From: Octopus sinensis
Lineage: Eukaryota
DNA: 64,000 nucleotides
Direction: 5' to 3'
NCBI RefSeq assembly: GCF_006345805.1
Contig: NC_043009.1
Location: 39,928,001 to 39,992,000 of the forward strand
Below the pieces are notes generated by a model. It was not told the DNA's origin and did not search any database. It was given only the letters and a program-made list of their open reading frames with translations. Below, in pieces: positions 13,181 to 26,928 of the stretch; position 1 is the stretch's first letter; the number at the start of each line of letters is the position of its first letter. Position numbers and translations under genes: made by a program.

Positions 13181-13231
13181 ATATACATACATACATACAA
13201 ATATACATACATTACAGACACACACACACAC

Positions 13232-13268
<37 letters not shown>

Positions 13269-13348
13269 CATATACATATACACACACACACACATATATA
13301 TATCTATATATATATTATATATATACATACATACATATACACACACAC

Positions 13349-13457
<109 letters not shown>

Positions 13458-14034
13458 CATACATACACCAGAGTTACTGATATATTTTGAGTTGGTATTG
13501 CGTGTGTTAATTAATTCAAATTAATTAAAGATCATCGAAAGGCAAAACTTTTAATTAATCAAACTCACTAGACTGACTTAAATGAGCAATCATTGTTTTT
13601 ATACTCATACCATTTTACTGCAAATAAAGAAAGACTGATCCATGGATTACATTCAGTCAACATTTTGAAAGTTCCAGCTGCCGATTAACCTTCTATAATA
13701 TCATATATTTCTAGCCACTTTTATAATCACTATATTAAATCAGTCGTACTGATTTACATAAACGACATATTCTTGGCAGTTAAATCAATTTTATGAATGA
13801 CCGACCTGTTAACGCTGTTACTTTTGTGATTCTACGATATACTTCAGAATAGATCTATAAATTTTAAGCTTGCACTGCGTGTCTAGATTTATTATTATTG
13901 TTTCCTAGCCGATAGATTGTCTAAGAAATAACTGCCGAAACACATTAGAATAATGATTTCCGGTCTCCGACTATCTTTGTTTCTAACTATTGGGAGAAAC
14001 AACGCCTCCCGGGTGGCTTTCTCTGGTTTACTCT

Positions 14035-14490
14035 CTTTACTCTTTTTACTCTTTTACTTGTTTCACTCATGTGACTGCGGCCATACTGGAGCACCATCTT
14101 TAGTCGAGCAACAAATAGACCCCAGGACGTATTCTGTGTAAGCCTAGTACTTATTCTATCGGTCTCTATTGCCGAACCGCTAAGTTACGGGGGACGTAAA
14201 CACACCAGCATCGGTTGTCAAGCGATGTTGGGGGGGGGGGACAAACACAGACACACAAAATATATACACACGCATATATATATGTATGTATGTATATTTT
14301 GATTTTTTTGATTTTGATTTATATATACGACGGGCTTCTTTCAGTTTCCGTCTACCAAATCCACTCACAAGGCTTTGGTCGGCCCGAGGCTATAGTAGAA
14401 GACACTTGCCCAAGGTGCCACGCATGGCTCTGAACCCGGAACCATGTGGCTGGGAAGCCAGCTACTTAACACATAGCCACTCCTGCACCT
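14035..14490 (-). mobile_element. SINE family S1, near full length
   Basis: Reverse complement of the S1 consensus, with internal (TA)/(CA) tract. Confidence 0.9.
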
Positions 14491-14671
14491 AATATTTCCA
14501 CATTTTATTGTTAACTCTTCTAATTCGAACACATCTGATTGTATAACTTATTATTTGCTCTACCCTACCTTTCTGTCGGTAGATATTTGGACATTTTAGT
14601 ATTAATTACCAATAGAAAGAAACAACTAGAGATATACTTTGAGGGGAAACGATATTTCTTTTTTATTCCAG

Positions 14672-14735
14672 TTCATCATTTGAACATCGATAACACAATC
14701 AGTGGCTATCTCAGCAAAGGAAGTGACTATTGGAA
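14672..14735 (+). CDS. Candidate exon (VHHLNIDNTISGYLSKGSDYW)
   Basis: Acceptor TTTCTTTTTTATTCCAG|, donor GAA|GTATGT; 64 bp, phase 1 to 2, open. Confidence 0.5.
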
Positions 14736-14892
14736 GTATGTAACAGACTTCGTATAATGGTCTTTATCATGTACTGTAATAGTCTCCTATAATGGCTACT
14801 TTTTAAATAAATACTTTACTTGACAGAAAATGAGATGTATTTACAAATAGTACATTTGACGTAAAAAAATGATTTTTCTTATTTGTATTCAG

Positions 14893-14968
14893 CTTTCTAT
14901 GTCTTGAAAAATACCCAACAAATACACAAGGAGAATGGAATCGATATAATTTGCTGGCGTTCGATTAA
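14893..14968 (+). CDS. Candidate terminal exon (NFLCLEKYPTNTQGEWNRYNLLAFD*)
   Basis: Acceptor TTTTTCTTATTTGTATTCAG|; phase 2 continues the previous exon to TAA at 14966-14968; AATAAA at 15258. Confidence 0.45.
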
Positions 14969-15439
14969 ACTCATAATTTGGAGAAATGCTTTTTGCTATG
15001 TCCAGAGAAAGAGGCTCAATGAAGAGCAAGAAAGAGAAAAGGAGAAAGAATGGAAGAAAGAGAGAGAGAGAGGGAGAAAGAAAGAAAGAAAGAGTGAGAG
15101 AGAGAAAGAAAGAAATTGAGACAAGGGAGAGAGAGGGGGGAAGAAGGTGAAAGAAGGTGAAAGAGAAAAGACAGTTTAAAATCGCTCACAGTGAATTAAA
15201 ATTGGTTTTCTGTAGATGGAATTTTCAACGATAAAAGAATCTTGAAAACAACATTTTAATAAAATTATATTAAAATTAGAATTTTCCTGTAAAAGTTACA
15301 TACTCCCAGCTAATTAATAAGTGGCTATCTTTATTATAGTATAGAGGTGTCTCTTACAGCCACTGTTCTTTGCATTGCTTTGTGTATTTTTATACACAAT
15401 CACAATCATATCCTTCTTCGGCACCAAGTAGCCAGTGTC

Positions 15440-16560
15440 GCGATTTTGTTAATAATTTTAGGTGCCTATAAGTTGAACGAACAGACTCTTACCCACGCTT
15501 TTGGACCTACTGCATTTGACTCAGCAATTGCATCGAAAATGCATAATCTGGAAGGTGAGAAGGCTACACCACCAGTGTATATACACACAGACAGACACAA
15601 TCATGAACGTACAAACACTGGACCTGTGATAGATACATTACATCCCACTTAGAAGGATATATCTTCGCTAACCAGGAAACGGAGACAGCTACTAAATATC
15701 TGATAAACAAGAAAATCAAAGATACCACCCAACCTCCATGCTGTGACAGAAAATGTTTGCTCTGTAATACCAGTGTGCAAGATAACAGCCACATCATCGG
15801 TGGCTACCCCAAAATGTCCACAAGATAATACCTGCCCTTGAGACATGATATAGTTACAAAGACTAGCTACAGTGGTATTCGCAGGACGGATTGCCCTAAC
15901 GTATACATGAGAGACATGTCTCAACCAGCTTGTATTCACACCTTTAAAATCAAGCAGCACTCCAACAAGAACAGCAATTCGATGCTAACATAACAGACCT
16001 CATATTGTTCAGTGGGACAGAAAACCGAAGTCAAGTACCGTTTTAGAGGTCAGATGTGAATGCAACCATCAAAACTCCAGGAAAAAGAACATTTATGGTA
16101 AATTAATGTGAAACTTACAGCCAGTGGCGGACTGGCTAGGTTGTTAGCTTGCCCGATGGTAAGTGGGCCCCTGCGCCATTAGAATCCGTAAATGGGGGTC
16201 CATGTTAGTATCTAAGGGGCCCATTCCCTCAAGTTTGAAAATTTTTTACTCACTCCTGGAAGAATTCATTAATTATTTCAGCTTGGCTGTGTTTGTAGAC
16301 AGTTGGAAAGAATACTTTTAACAAAAAAAAAAAAAAGGAAATTAAATGATAGCATTGTAGTTGCGGGTGGGCCCCCTTATAGTTGGCAACCAATATCATT
16401 AGACCTAGTTCGCCACTGCTTACAGCTGTTGTACCCTGACTCTAAATTCTCATTTGTACCTATAATTATAGGTACAAATCCAAGAAATGCAAAAACCTAT
16501 AAATACAAGGTTTTTCGAAGAATGAGCAAGAGAAACTTACGAAGATTCTCCTAATTCAAT
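15440..16560 (+). mobile_element. Non-LTR retrotransposon 3' fragment with restriction-like endonuclease (R4/Dong-like)
   Basis: WTCDRYITSHLEGYIFANQE..CLLC..HIIGGYPKM..YLPLRHDIV (zinc knuckle + RHD motif), HNRPHIVQWD..VLEV (decayed PD-D/ExK), then NLQ|LLYPDSKFSFVPIIIG across the hAT MITE. Confidence 0.75.
16122..16418. mobile_element. hAT-type MITE
   Basis: TIRs CAGTGGCGGACTGG / CTAGTTCGCCACTG (12/14) and a perfect 8-bp TSD CTTACAGC at 16114-16121 and 16419-16426. Confidence 0.9.
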
Positions 16561-17217
16561 CTTTTAGGAGTACTTTGAAAATTTGTAAGACATTCCAAAG
16601 ATTCTCCATAGGAGAGCCTTTAGATGAATAGATGCACACGCTTGAGTAAGTGTATCAACAGCCCAACCAACACACCAACTCAGCCACGTGTTTACAAACA
16701 GGGAAATCTCTTAACTCAAAAAAAGTATTGTCGCTTTCTTAGCGAACGGCTTGAATTGTCTTATGAAGAAAGTAAGTAAAGCTCAAAGAAAACATACATG
16801 CATACATACATACACGGCAAATTATGTCTGCCTACGCAGAAGCAATTTATGGCATGTAAATAACTGTCAGGAATGCGTCACCAATATTAGTGATCATGTT
16901 ATTGTGGCAATGTAGCTAGCAGTGTAAGAGATTGCGATGTTGATAGAAACTAAATCAGCTTATGGAGCTGCCCACGGTTAGATTATGTAAACGATGACCA
17001 CCGTTTACAACAATCCATGGTATTTAATAAATTTTTATTAATGCGTACAAGTAATGACGGATTAAAATGTAGAGGTTGATTCTCTCTTTCTCTCGATCTT
17101 TCTGTCTGTCTGTCTGTCTGTCCGTCTGTCTCTCTCACAGACACGCGTACACACATGCACACGCACACATAGATACACAGACACACACTGATAAACTCAA
17201 ACAAATACACATACATG

Positions 17218-17257
<40 letters not shown>

Positions 17258-17514
17258 CATACGTACACACACACATATATTAAACAAACGAAAGAAAGGT
17301 ACTCAACACCCGGTATTTTTCAATTACCAACATCAAACTATGATCTCACGTGATCTTTCTCGACCAATCGCAGGCTAACGCCCAGTTGTAAACGTTGACT
17401 ATCTTCACTCGGACTTTTATTCAGACTCAATGGTCGAAAACTAGCGACACGCTTGTAACTCAGAGTACCAAAGAGTTTGAATCAAACTGTTTTGATCCAT
17501 ATATATATATATAT

Positions 17515-17633
<119 letters not shown>

Positions 17634-18198
17634 CACATATATGTGTACATATATATATATATACATCCAAACACACACACACATACGCACCCACATGCAT
17701 AGGGTATTTAATTTAAGTTGCCTAATTTACATGCACAATTCTACATGGCTGTGTTAAGTTTGCTTCTTTCCCAAACTGAAAGACACAAGACAATAAGTGT
17801 CACATTTTTAGAAATTTGGATCGATTTACATCACTAACATCCCGCAAGACAGACGTCAAGCACGGCTCCGTTCTTATGGCTGAAACAAGTAAAAGACATA
17901 TACGTATGTATGTATGTATGTATGTATGTATGTATGTATGTATGTATGTGTGTATGTTGTTAGTATGTATGTATGTATGTATGTATGTATGTATGTACGT
18001 ACGTACGTACACATGTATGTATGCATGAGTGTGTGTATTCATTTATTTATGTATGTATGCATGTATGGTATTTAATTAATTAGACGTAATGATGGATTAA
18101 AATATATTAGTGTATTTAGTAATATATGAATATGTATGTATACATATACATATATAGACCCACATACATAAATACATACACAGACACACACACACACA

Positions 18199-18239
<41 letters not shown>

Positions 18240-18300
18240 TCACACTTACATACACACTTATATACGTACATGTATGCATATACATATACATATATATAAG

Positions 18301-18408
<108 letters not shown>

Positions 18409-20824
18409 ACCGACGGACAGACAGGCAGACAGAGACATGAATATACTTGTTAATTATATTTAATTCCTACTAAACGCCATTGCTTTCTCTGAAAACAGAT
18501 TATGCAGAATTACAATTTAACAATTAAAAACAAACTTGTTAACACCTATGAACATCAAAATACATTTCATTTAAGGACGATTCTCAACTTTGAACTTGAA
18601 GACACTTTTTAAAGGAATTTTCTAAGCCAAACCGGCGCTACATATATTTGACAAGTGTTAAACTGGCATTTCCTGAATCTTTATTTATCACATAAGTTTT
18701 AATTAGATTCAGTGCTGCCACTCTCTGGAAATAACGACAAAAACCTGAATTTCAAGATAGTAAAGGCATTAGCTTGGAAATTAGATTCTAAATCTACGCA
18801 AATGAAATCGTATAGAGATTCAAAGAGAGAAATTAAATCTGCTAAGCTTACTGTTCATACCATGTACGGACATTGAGTAATGTTCTCTTCCCAGGCACTG
18901 AAAAGATAAATTATCGATCCTGCCTCTCTGTACTCACCTCATTGATTGCCACACGTTTCAGAAATATTAATGAATGCTAGCATTCATAAAAATAGAATTA
19001 ATTGCCATGTTCTAAATTTCTTGACAGTTTTTTTGCTATGTTTTGATTTCGTTGTGCTTTTTTAATATTTTTTTGTTTTACCTTGGAGCCTTTCTGGTGA
19101 GATATGATCAATTTCTTTTGTTTTCATTGATCTGCAAAACAAGTTTAATTATCCTTCGATTAGATCCGTCTTTTCATCAGCACAACGAGGAATAATAAAG
19201 AGACAAAAAAAGAAATTTATATTTTTTGTTTGTTTTCGAATTTCAATAGAGTTTTCTTTAAGTAATTCTTCGCTGCTAAAAACTGAACCGTCCCTGTGGT
19301 TTAAATAAATTTATTTCTATACATTTTTTTTTATCATTTTGTAATCGTCTTTATCTTATTTAAATTTGATTAATTCAAACGTTCAGCAAGAAAGGTTCAC
19401 TCCAGTAAATAAATGAATGAACTCTCTACTCAAATATACATTTCAATGTCATTTCAACGATATATGGAAATTCTTCGGATTCATCATGTTTTATTGATAG
19501 AAGACTCCATTATTGTAAAAACAGCAAAAATGCAGAAATAAAAAAATGGCTAAAAGGAGAAAAAAATATATACGTTTATGAAAAAAAAATGAATAAATGA
19601 AAATAAAATAAAAAAAACTCTCATAACCTCGTTGGGAATTAGCATTTGTTTGCTTCCAAAATTCCAATACAGCCTCGTGTATTTGGATTTAACGTGGAAA
19701 TACATAGCATTAATGCACAATGGATGCATGATATAATGAATGTGTGAAAATACAAAGAGCTGTTAAGATCTGTATGAGATCTTATACAACAAACAATAGA
19801 ATATGTATTTTATTCTTTATCTAGTAAATTTTATGGAAAATTATCGTATGGATTACATGCCGAATCAGTTTATTCAAAATATGCAGGAAAATAATTGCCA
19901 TGAGGGAATATTTGCTACGATTCAGGCAACGGTAAATAAAAGAATGGGTTATGGGTCTCTTGGGTTATAGAATAGATAATTAAAAACAGAGCCTCATTAG
20001 AATATATGCAACTCATTTGAAACTGTCAAAACTATTGGCAAATGTATGCAAAAATTTCGAGATATTTTTCATAATCGACCATTATTTTATTGCAGGCAAA
20101 TAATAGAGAAAGATGTTGAATTTTAGGAAATTTATTCTGATGAAATGGAAAAGAATACTTAGTTATTGATTTACAACGAACTATAACATAGAAGGAACTA
20201 TCGATAATTATTCTACATAAAGAAATATCAATACATTGATCAAACTTACAACTATTTCATTGGAAACAAGATTCCCCTAGAGGCCTTTCACGCTCTCTAA
20301 CATATTAAATTTCCTTTCGGTGTAATAGACAAATATTCTTTAGAAAAAAACTTACAAACAACATATTTTCCTCCTACGTATTAGCGACCATTTTGGAACT
20401 GAAATTCATCAGGCTGATTATTTTTTTCTCCCTTCACCACAGTTATTTTAGCAGAATACACCTGCGATGTGTTACACATATTTAGAAATTATATTAATAA
20501 TTTATCAGTCTTTCTGCAGCCGTTCTTATTCTTGTAATTCAATCAACTTACAGGTAGGGTGTGGAATATCTGGGGACTTTTGATTGAATATAATTTCAGC
20601 TCTAACTCTCCGTCCATCCAGTTTGACTATAAAGAAAACTTACTAAAAAAAAAAGGTTTTACATCAGAAATATCATTTCTCGCTTAGATTGGTGCAATTA
20701 CTGTATAACCAGCCAATCAAAGAAAGGTAACAAAATTATTTTATGTAAAGTTCTAAAGTTGTATGTAAATGGATATATGCATATATATAAGTATATTGTA
20801 CGTAAGTACATGTATAAATATATA

Positions 20825-20934
<110 letters not shown>

Positions 20935-21060
20935 CTTTCGTGTAATAGACAAATATTCTTTAGAAAAAAAAATACAAACAACATATTTTCCTTCTACGTA
21001 TTAGCGACCATTTTGGAACTAATTATTTTTTCTCCCTTCACCACAGTTATTATATATATA

Positions 21061-21217
21061 TAATTTGAAACTGATTATTGAAGTCCACCTGAAGATTGTC
21101 GATCAAGACAAGAAACGATTGTAGTGGCGGTTTTTTTGACTTTTTTAAAATTTTATGTATGATAAGTCTTTCCTTGTTTGTTTTGCAAAATAGTGTTGTC
21201 TCTAATAATATTTCTTG
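21061..21217 (+). mobile_element. (TA)n-embedded HHR-bearing repeat, copy 1
   Basis: Shares GAAACGATTGTAGTGGCGGTTT..AAGTCTTTCCTTGTTTGTTTTGCAAAATAGTG with 32171-32345. Confidence 0.85.
21085..21127 (+). ncRNA. Type I hammerhead ribozyme (short stem III)
   Basis: CCAC-CUGAAGA-UUGUC-GAUCAA-GACAA-GAAAC-GAUU-GUA-GUGG. Confidence 0.8.
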
Positions 21218-21400
21218 TATATATATATATATATATATATAAGTACATATATTCATATATATGTAATATATATATATATAAGTACATATATTCATATATG
21301 TATATTAATATTATATATATATAGATATGTGTGTTGGTCTGTGTGTGTCTGTGTGTGTCTGTGTTCTGTGTGTATGTATGTATATATATATGTATATATA

Positions 21401-21662
21401 TATATTTTGTTGACGTTACAAGAATGAATAGACATACTTTCGAGCTTAGTTCCGTTGCACAGCATCTTTGGCAGGTGTCTTGTTCTATATCCCCGGGCGG
21501 CGACTGCCTTATTGTTAAATTTGATAGGCGTAGATTATGAGAAGACTGTGTTTACACATCGCCAAATATATGTATATATACACGGAGGGGAGTAATATAT
21601 AGTGCCAACGGAACTAAGCTCGAAAGTATGTCTATTCATTCTTGTAACGTCAACAAAATATA
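21401..21662. repeat. Foldback element with 60-bp inverted arms
   Basis: 21401-21460 is the near-perfect reverse complement of 21602-21662 (one extra C); ~140-bp spacer. Confidence 0.9.
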
Positions 21663-21719
21663 GATAGATAGATAGATAGATAGTAAATAGATAGATAGAT
21701 AATAGATAGATGATAGTAT

Positions 21720-21762
<43 letters not shown>

Positions 21763-21844
21763 GATAGATAGACAGATATATAGATAGATAGATAGATAGA
21801 CAGAATAAGATAGATAGATAGATAGAAGACAGATATATAGATAG

Positions 21845-21875
<31 letters not shown>

Positions 21876-21888
21876 GTAGATAGATAGC

Positions 21889-21920
<32 letters not shown>
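21660..21920. repeat. (TAGA)n microsatellite
   Basis: Direct reading. Confidence 0.95.
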
Positions 21921-21922
<2 letters not shown>

Positions 21923-22171
21923 TTGGGTTGGTGCATAATTATTCCGGCTTTTTTTCAACTATTTTTATTCAACAAAAGCAATAACATATGTAACAAAAAC
22001 ATCTTTAAATGATTATTCCGGAGCATATTTACCATCTACTGCAATTACTGCTTCCCATTTGCTTCGAAGACGGTCAGACCGTCATTTAGAAATGTTTTTG
22101 TTAAATATGTTATTGTTTTTGTTGAATAAAATTTGTTGAAAAAATGCCGAAATAATTATGCAGTAACTCAG
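21921..22171 (-). mobile_element. mariner internal-deletion derivative (MITE)
   Basis: TA|TTGGGTTGGTGCATAATTATTCCGGC resembles mariner TIRs; ~85-bp imperfect TIRs; internal 22075-22013 encodes a transposase C-terminus DRLRSKWEAVIAVDGKYAPE*. Confidence 0.85.
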
Positions 22172-22509
22172 CATATATATATCTATAATATATATATTAT
22201 ATATATATAATATATATATATAATGTGTGTATGTGCGTGTGTGGAGGGTGTGTGTGTGTATGTTGTGTGTGACTGTGTGTCTGTGTGTATCTGTGGATTT
22301 TGTATTCCCTAGTCTTGAACGACTGTTGTTGGTTTCTCTATGTTCATATTAATTTCTTGTTAAAAGACACCGTTGAATAAGTACCAGACTCAGAATATGT
22401 TCTGGGGTTGATGCATCCGACTAACTGTAGAGGGCAGTGCATTCCAGCACTGGTGCATTGAAGTACGTAAAAGATGGGCTCACACGTGCATACACACCCT
22501 TACACAATA

Positions 22510-22633
22510 TACGAAGGGCGTAGGAAAAGTTTTGAGCTTTCAAGGCCTTTGAGCCTTCAAGTCTTGTACCTTCACCAGAAGTCTTGTACCATGTTTTTTT
22601 TTTAGTCTCAATACTTTTCATACACTCCTCATA
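22510..22633. mobile_element. Short Tc1/mariner-type MITE
   Basis: TACGAAGGGCGTAGGAAAAGTTTTGAG and CTCAATACTTTTCATACACTCCTCATA are imperfect TIRs with TA ends. Confidence 0.6.
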
Positions 22634-23052
22634 TTTAATTACATCAATTTACAACATGTTTATCAATTAATTACATTAGTGTATACCGTACAATATCATT
22701 TATATAATCTGCTGATTATGCATGATTGGTAAAAATAATTCCATTTTACTTCTATATAATCACGGACCCACACATCATCTTAGAATGTTACACTCATAAA
22801 TTTGTTATATCTAAATTCCAAGAGAATCAGCTCTTTCTTTTTTTTCTTTTTTTTTGTTGTTTTTTATTGTCACTATATAGGAACATTGTAGATGAAGCAA
22901 TTTTTCTCGCTAAGACAACATACAAAATCTCAATTGGTTTAGGAAGCTGAACATAAGGTTTTTCCATTTTTCATATACAACTGAGAGATACCACTCCTAA
23001 CACTGGTATAAAGTCTAACACGCTCAACGTTTCAATATGTATAAAATGTAGA

Positions 23053-23468
23053 GAGTGGCTGTGTGGTAAGTAGCTTGCTAACCAACCACATGGTTCCGGG
23101 TTCAGTCCCACTGCGTGGCATCTTGGGCAAGTGTCTTCTGCTATAGCCCCGGGCCGACCAATGCCTTGTGAGTGGATTTGGTAGACGGAAACTGAAAGAA
23201 GCCTGTCGTATAATATATATATATATATAATGTATCTATGTGTGTCTTTGTGTGTCTGTGCTTTTCCCCCTAGCATTGCTTGACAACCGATGCTGGTGTG
23301 TTTACGTCCCCGTCACTTAGCGGTTCGGCAAAAAGAGAACCGATAGAATAAGTACTGGGCTTACAAAGAATAAGTCCCGGGGTCGATTTGCTCGACTAAA
23401 GGCGGTGCTCCAGCATGGCCGCAGTCAAATGACTGAAACAAGTAAAAGAGTAAAAGAGTAAGAGTATA
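23053..23468 (+). mobile_element. SINE family S1, full length
   Basis: Complete from head to the GACTGAAACAAGTAAAAGAG tail. Confidence 0.9.
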
Positions 23469-23724
23469 CCTAGTTTTGCTTGAATCCTTCACCTATTATC
23501 GCACTGTTTTATTCGTATCACTGAAAGTTTATCCTAACATTGTATATATTACCCAATAAAAACTAGCAGAGAGTTTGACAATTTTATTTGGACAATCTGC
23601 TGTAAAAAAAACAAGAAAAAAAGAACATATTTTAGAACGAAATCAATAGATGTAACCTAGAATATTATGAACCTTATCTGTCTTCAAACTGTCTTTAAAT
23701 TTGTTCTACCCACCCATTACAGGA

Positions 23725-23915
23725 GTGGAGGCACATGGCCTAGTGACTCGCGGTCGAGGGATCGCGGGTTCGAATCTCAGACTGGGCGATGTGTGTGTTT
23801 ATGAGCGAAACACCTAGGCTCCACGCGGCGCCGGCAGAAGGTAATGGCGACCTTCTACTGACTCTTTCCCCACACTCTTTCCTCCTGTATCTCGCAGCTC
23901 ACCTGCTACGGAACG
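23725..23915 (+). mobile_element. SINE family S4
   Basis: GTGGAGGCACATGGCCTAG..GGGTTCGAATCTC..CCACGCGGCGCCGGCAG. Confidence 0.8.
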
Positions 23916-24885
23916 GCCTGCAGACGAGTTTAAGGTTGACGTGCCTACTAAACAGAGCCCCCACCATCCGGTTATCGTTGCAGGTAAACGCTACCTGATC
24001 GCGTGGTTGCGCATCAGAAGCCACTACATATCTAAGCCGCCACTCAGGGGGTGATGGCAGCAGACTAGCGTCATGGCCGTTGAAATGATCCCCTTTCACT
24101 AGAAATTAAATAAGAGACGCTCCAATCTGGTCAAGCGTTAACCGACGAAGGGCTCGACGATAACTAATGACAGATGTGATGTAGGCGTATGCCACCTCTG
24201 CCCGACCCGTCAGTGACAGCTTCATTTCAGCCCATATTTGGCTAATATTCGCTATCCTGTTCGTCACCTCGTCCCAGTTTTTATCTACAAAGAAATCAGA
24301 ACTGAACCAGGCGTCCAGCAGTTCAACTGGTCCATCCGTCCAGCGTCCAATGACTCCGTATGACAGCATTGTTCTGCCTTTCCATGTGTCCAGTCGCAAG
24401 CCCACTAACTTGTCGGCGTTGATGTTTGGCCTCTGCAATCATTTCCTATTCCTTTAAAATGATGCCGATCATCTGCACTTCGGAGACGTCCGACACCATG
24501 ACAGTGACTTCATCTGCGAAAGCCGACACTACCTTCCCATGACTCCGTTCGAAAGGGATGCCCCTCAGCTATTTCGATTTCCGCAGCAATGGCTCGAGAA
24601 CCAGCACAGCTCTTCCGCATCGAAGCTCTCGCCGGATGCCATTCAAAACCTATAATTTTTCGCTGTAGTGACTCAAGCGTGAGCATGTACAAACGAGGTG
24701 AGAGTGATAGTGGTGGTGATGGGCAGCCTTGGAAGACCGAATGCAAGATACTGAACCAATCCGATAGATCTGACCAATGAGCTGACGTTGATTGCAGTGA
24801 TCTAATCTCTGGAGACTGGGTTAAAACCAGCCGCCATGAGAACAGATACAAGTATTGATGGTTGATGGAAGCACTCCGTCGGTTA
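23915..24885 (-). mobile_element. L1/Tx1-clade LINE reverse transcriptase fragment
   Basis: SVFQGCP..LSPRLYMLTLESL, INADKLVGLRLDTW, KNWDEV, LSLTGRAEV..YITSVISYR motifs; frameshifted. Confidence 0.8.
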
Positions 24886-25250
24886 CGACGACGAGGGTTC
24901 CGGTTGAACCGAATCAACGGAACAGCCTGCTCGTGAAATTAACGTGTAAGTGGCTGAGCACTCCACGGACACGTGTACCATTAACGTAGTTCTCGGGGAT
25001 ATGCAGCGTGACACAGAGAGTGACAAGGCCGGCCCTTTGAAATACAGGTACAACAGAAACAGGAAGTAAGAGTGAGAGTAAGTTGTGGTGAAAGAGTACA
25101 GCAGGGATCACCACCATCCCCTGCCGGAGCCGCGTGGAACTTTAGGTGTTTTCGCTCAATAAACACTCACAACGCCCGGTCTGGGAATCGAAACCGCGAT
25201 CCTATGACCGCGAGTCCGCTGCCCTAACCACTGGGCCATTGCGCCTCCAC
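24885..25250 (-). mobile_element. SINE family S4, near full length
   Basis: Minus-strand head GTGGAGGCGCAATGGCCCAGTGGTTAGGG..GGTTTCGATTCCC. Confidence 0.85.
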
Positions 25251-25856
25251 TATTGATGGTTAATCCTATCTAAATTGATTTGGGCTCCACAAATTTCTTA
25301 CCCAGTATTTCTATGATGTAATTTGTGAAATGAAAGATGCTCGTGAATAGACGTGTTTGGGATGTCACATATTTGTGTCGCACCTACCAGAGTATCGACA
25401 AGCTCCAGTCTCTTATTTAGCACCTTAGCCAAAAACTTGAACTCTCGATTCAGGAAATGCTTTTAATTTTGGCTTAATGGCAACAATTTTCAAGGTTGTA
25501 TGTAAATAGATGACATCAGCCTCCCTACTTACTTGACTGGTACTTTCTGTTATCGACCCCGGACAGATGAAAGACAAAGCTGATGTCCGCAAGATTTGAA
25601 CTCAGGATATAAAGAGACGAAACAAATAACACAAGGGATTTTTTTAACTACCCTGCCAGCTCACTGCCTTCTCAATGGTTTTTGCTTGCGATACAAATCC
25701 AACAATTTTCAGGTTAAGGCAAGGTATTTGTCAATACCAGCGGCTCCAGTACTGCAATGGGATTTATTTTCTGAACCCCGAAAATATTGTAACAACAACA
25801 CTAACAATAATAACAATAATAATAATAATAATAATAATATAATAATAATAATAATG

Positions 25857-25892
<36 letters not shown>

Positions 25893-26836
25893 TTTGTATT
25901 TTCCCAATTGTTAAATACAACTAGATTGCCAGTATAAAGTATATTGTATTTGTTTACACAAGACATATTTACGATAATACCATCCTGATAAAAGTCGATG
26001 ATAACTCTGTTAAAATCTCGTTACTTCGGTACACTAAGCATTGCCATTACCCGATAAATAGCGATGTAGTTAAAATATATAAGATTGCCAAGATATCACA
26101 TGTGGATAGCTGTAAGTAGGGAGCGGACTGGACTGTATTGTTCACACAATTAAAACTTATGTATTGAAGCATGAATTATACTAAAACAGCTTCAGATAAC
26201 AGCTTAAAACGGAGGTTAGGAGACCACCTCCAGGTTGTGAAAACAAATCCTTGGAGATGACACATTCTTCTGTTGTGAAAGGAGTAAAAATAAAAATTCT
26301 TGTTTTAGAGTAATGATGCTTAGGGCTATCTAACTTCCTTTCTGTTTGTCAGTATGGTTAGCTCTGTTTTCCATTCTCTCTCTCTCTCTTTCTCTCTCTC
26401 TCAGTGTATTTATGCGTGTTTGTGTAGTGCATATATATATTATATATATATGTAAATACATATATATGTACGTATATATAAACAAATTTATACATATATA
26501 TACACACAAGCGTGTGTGCGCATACACACACATGTATCACGCCTTCTTTCTCAGCTTCTCTGGATTTCTTATTTTTTGTATAGATATAACATAAACACAA
26601 ATAATTGTGTGTATGTTTGTGTGCGTGTATATGCACGTACTTCAATACATACATAAGAACGACGTGGTTGTGTGGTAAGAAGCTACTAACTACCCACATA
26701 GTTATGGGTTCAATCCCACTGCACGGCACCTTATATATATAAATATAGTTAGAAAAAAAAGCTAGAAATTAAAGTAGATAGACAGACAGACAGATAGACA
26801 AATAAATAGATACATTGATTTATTCGAATAAACGAA

Positions 26837-26879
<43 letters not shown>

Positions 26880-26890
26880 GATAGATAGAT

Positions 26891-26928
<38 letters not shown>

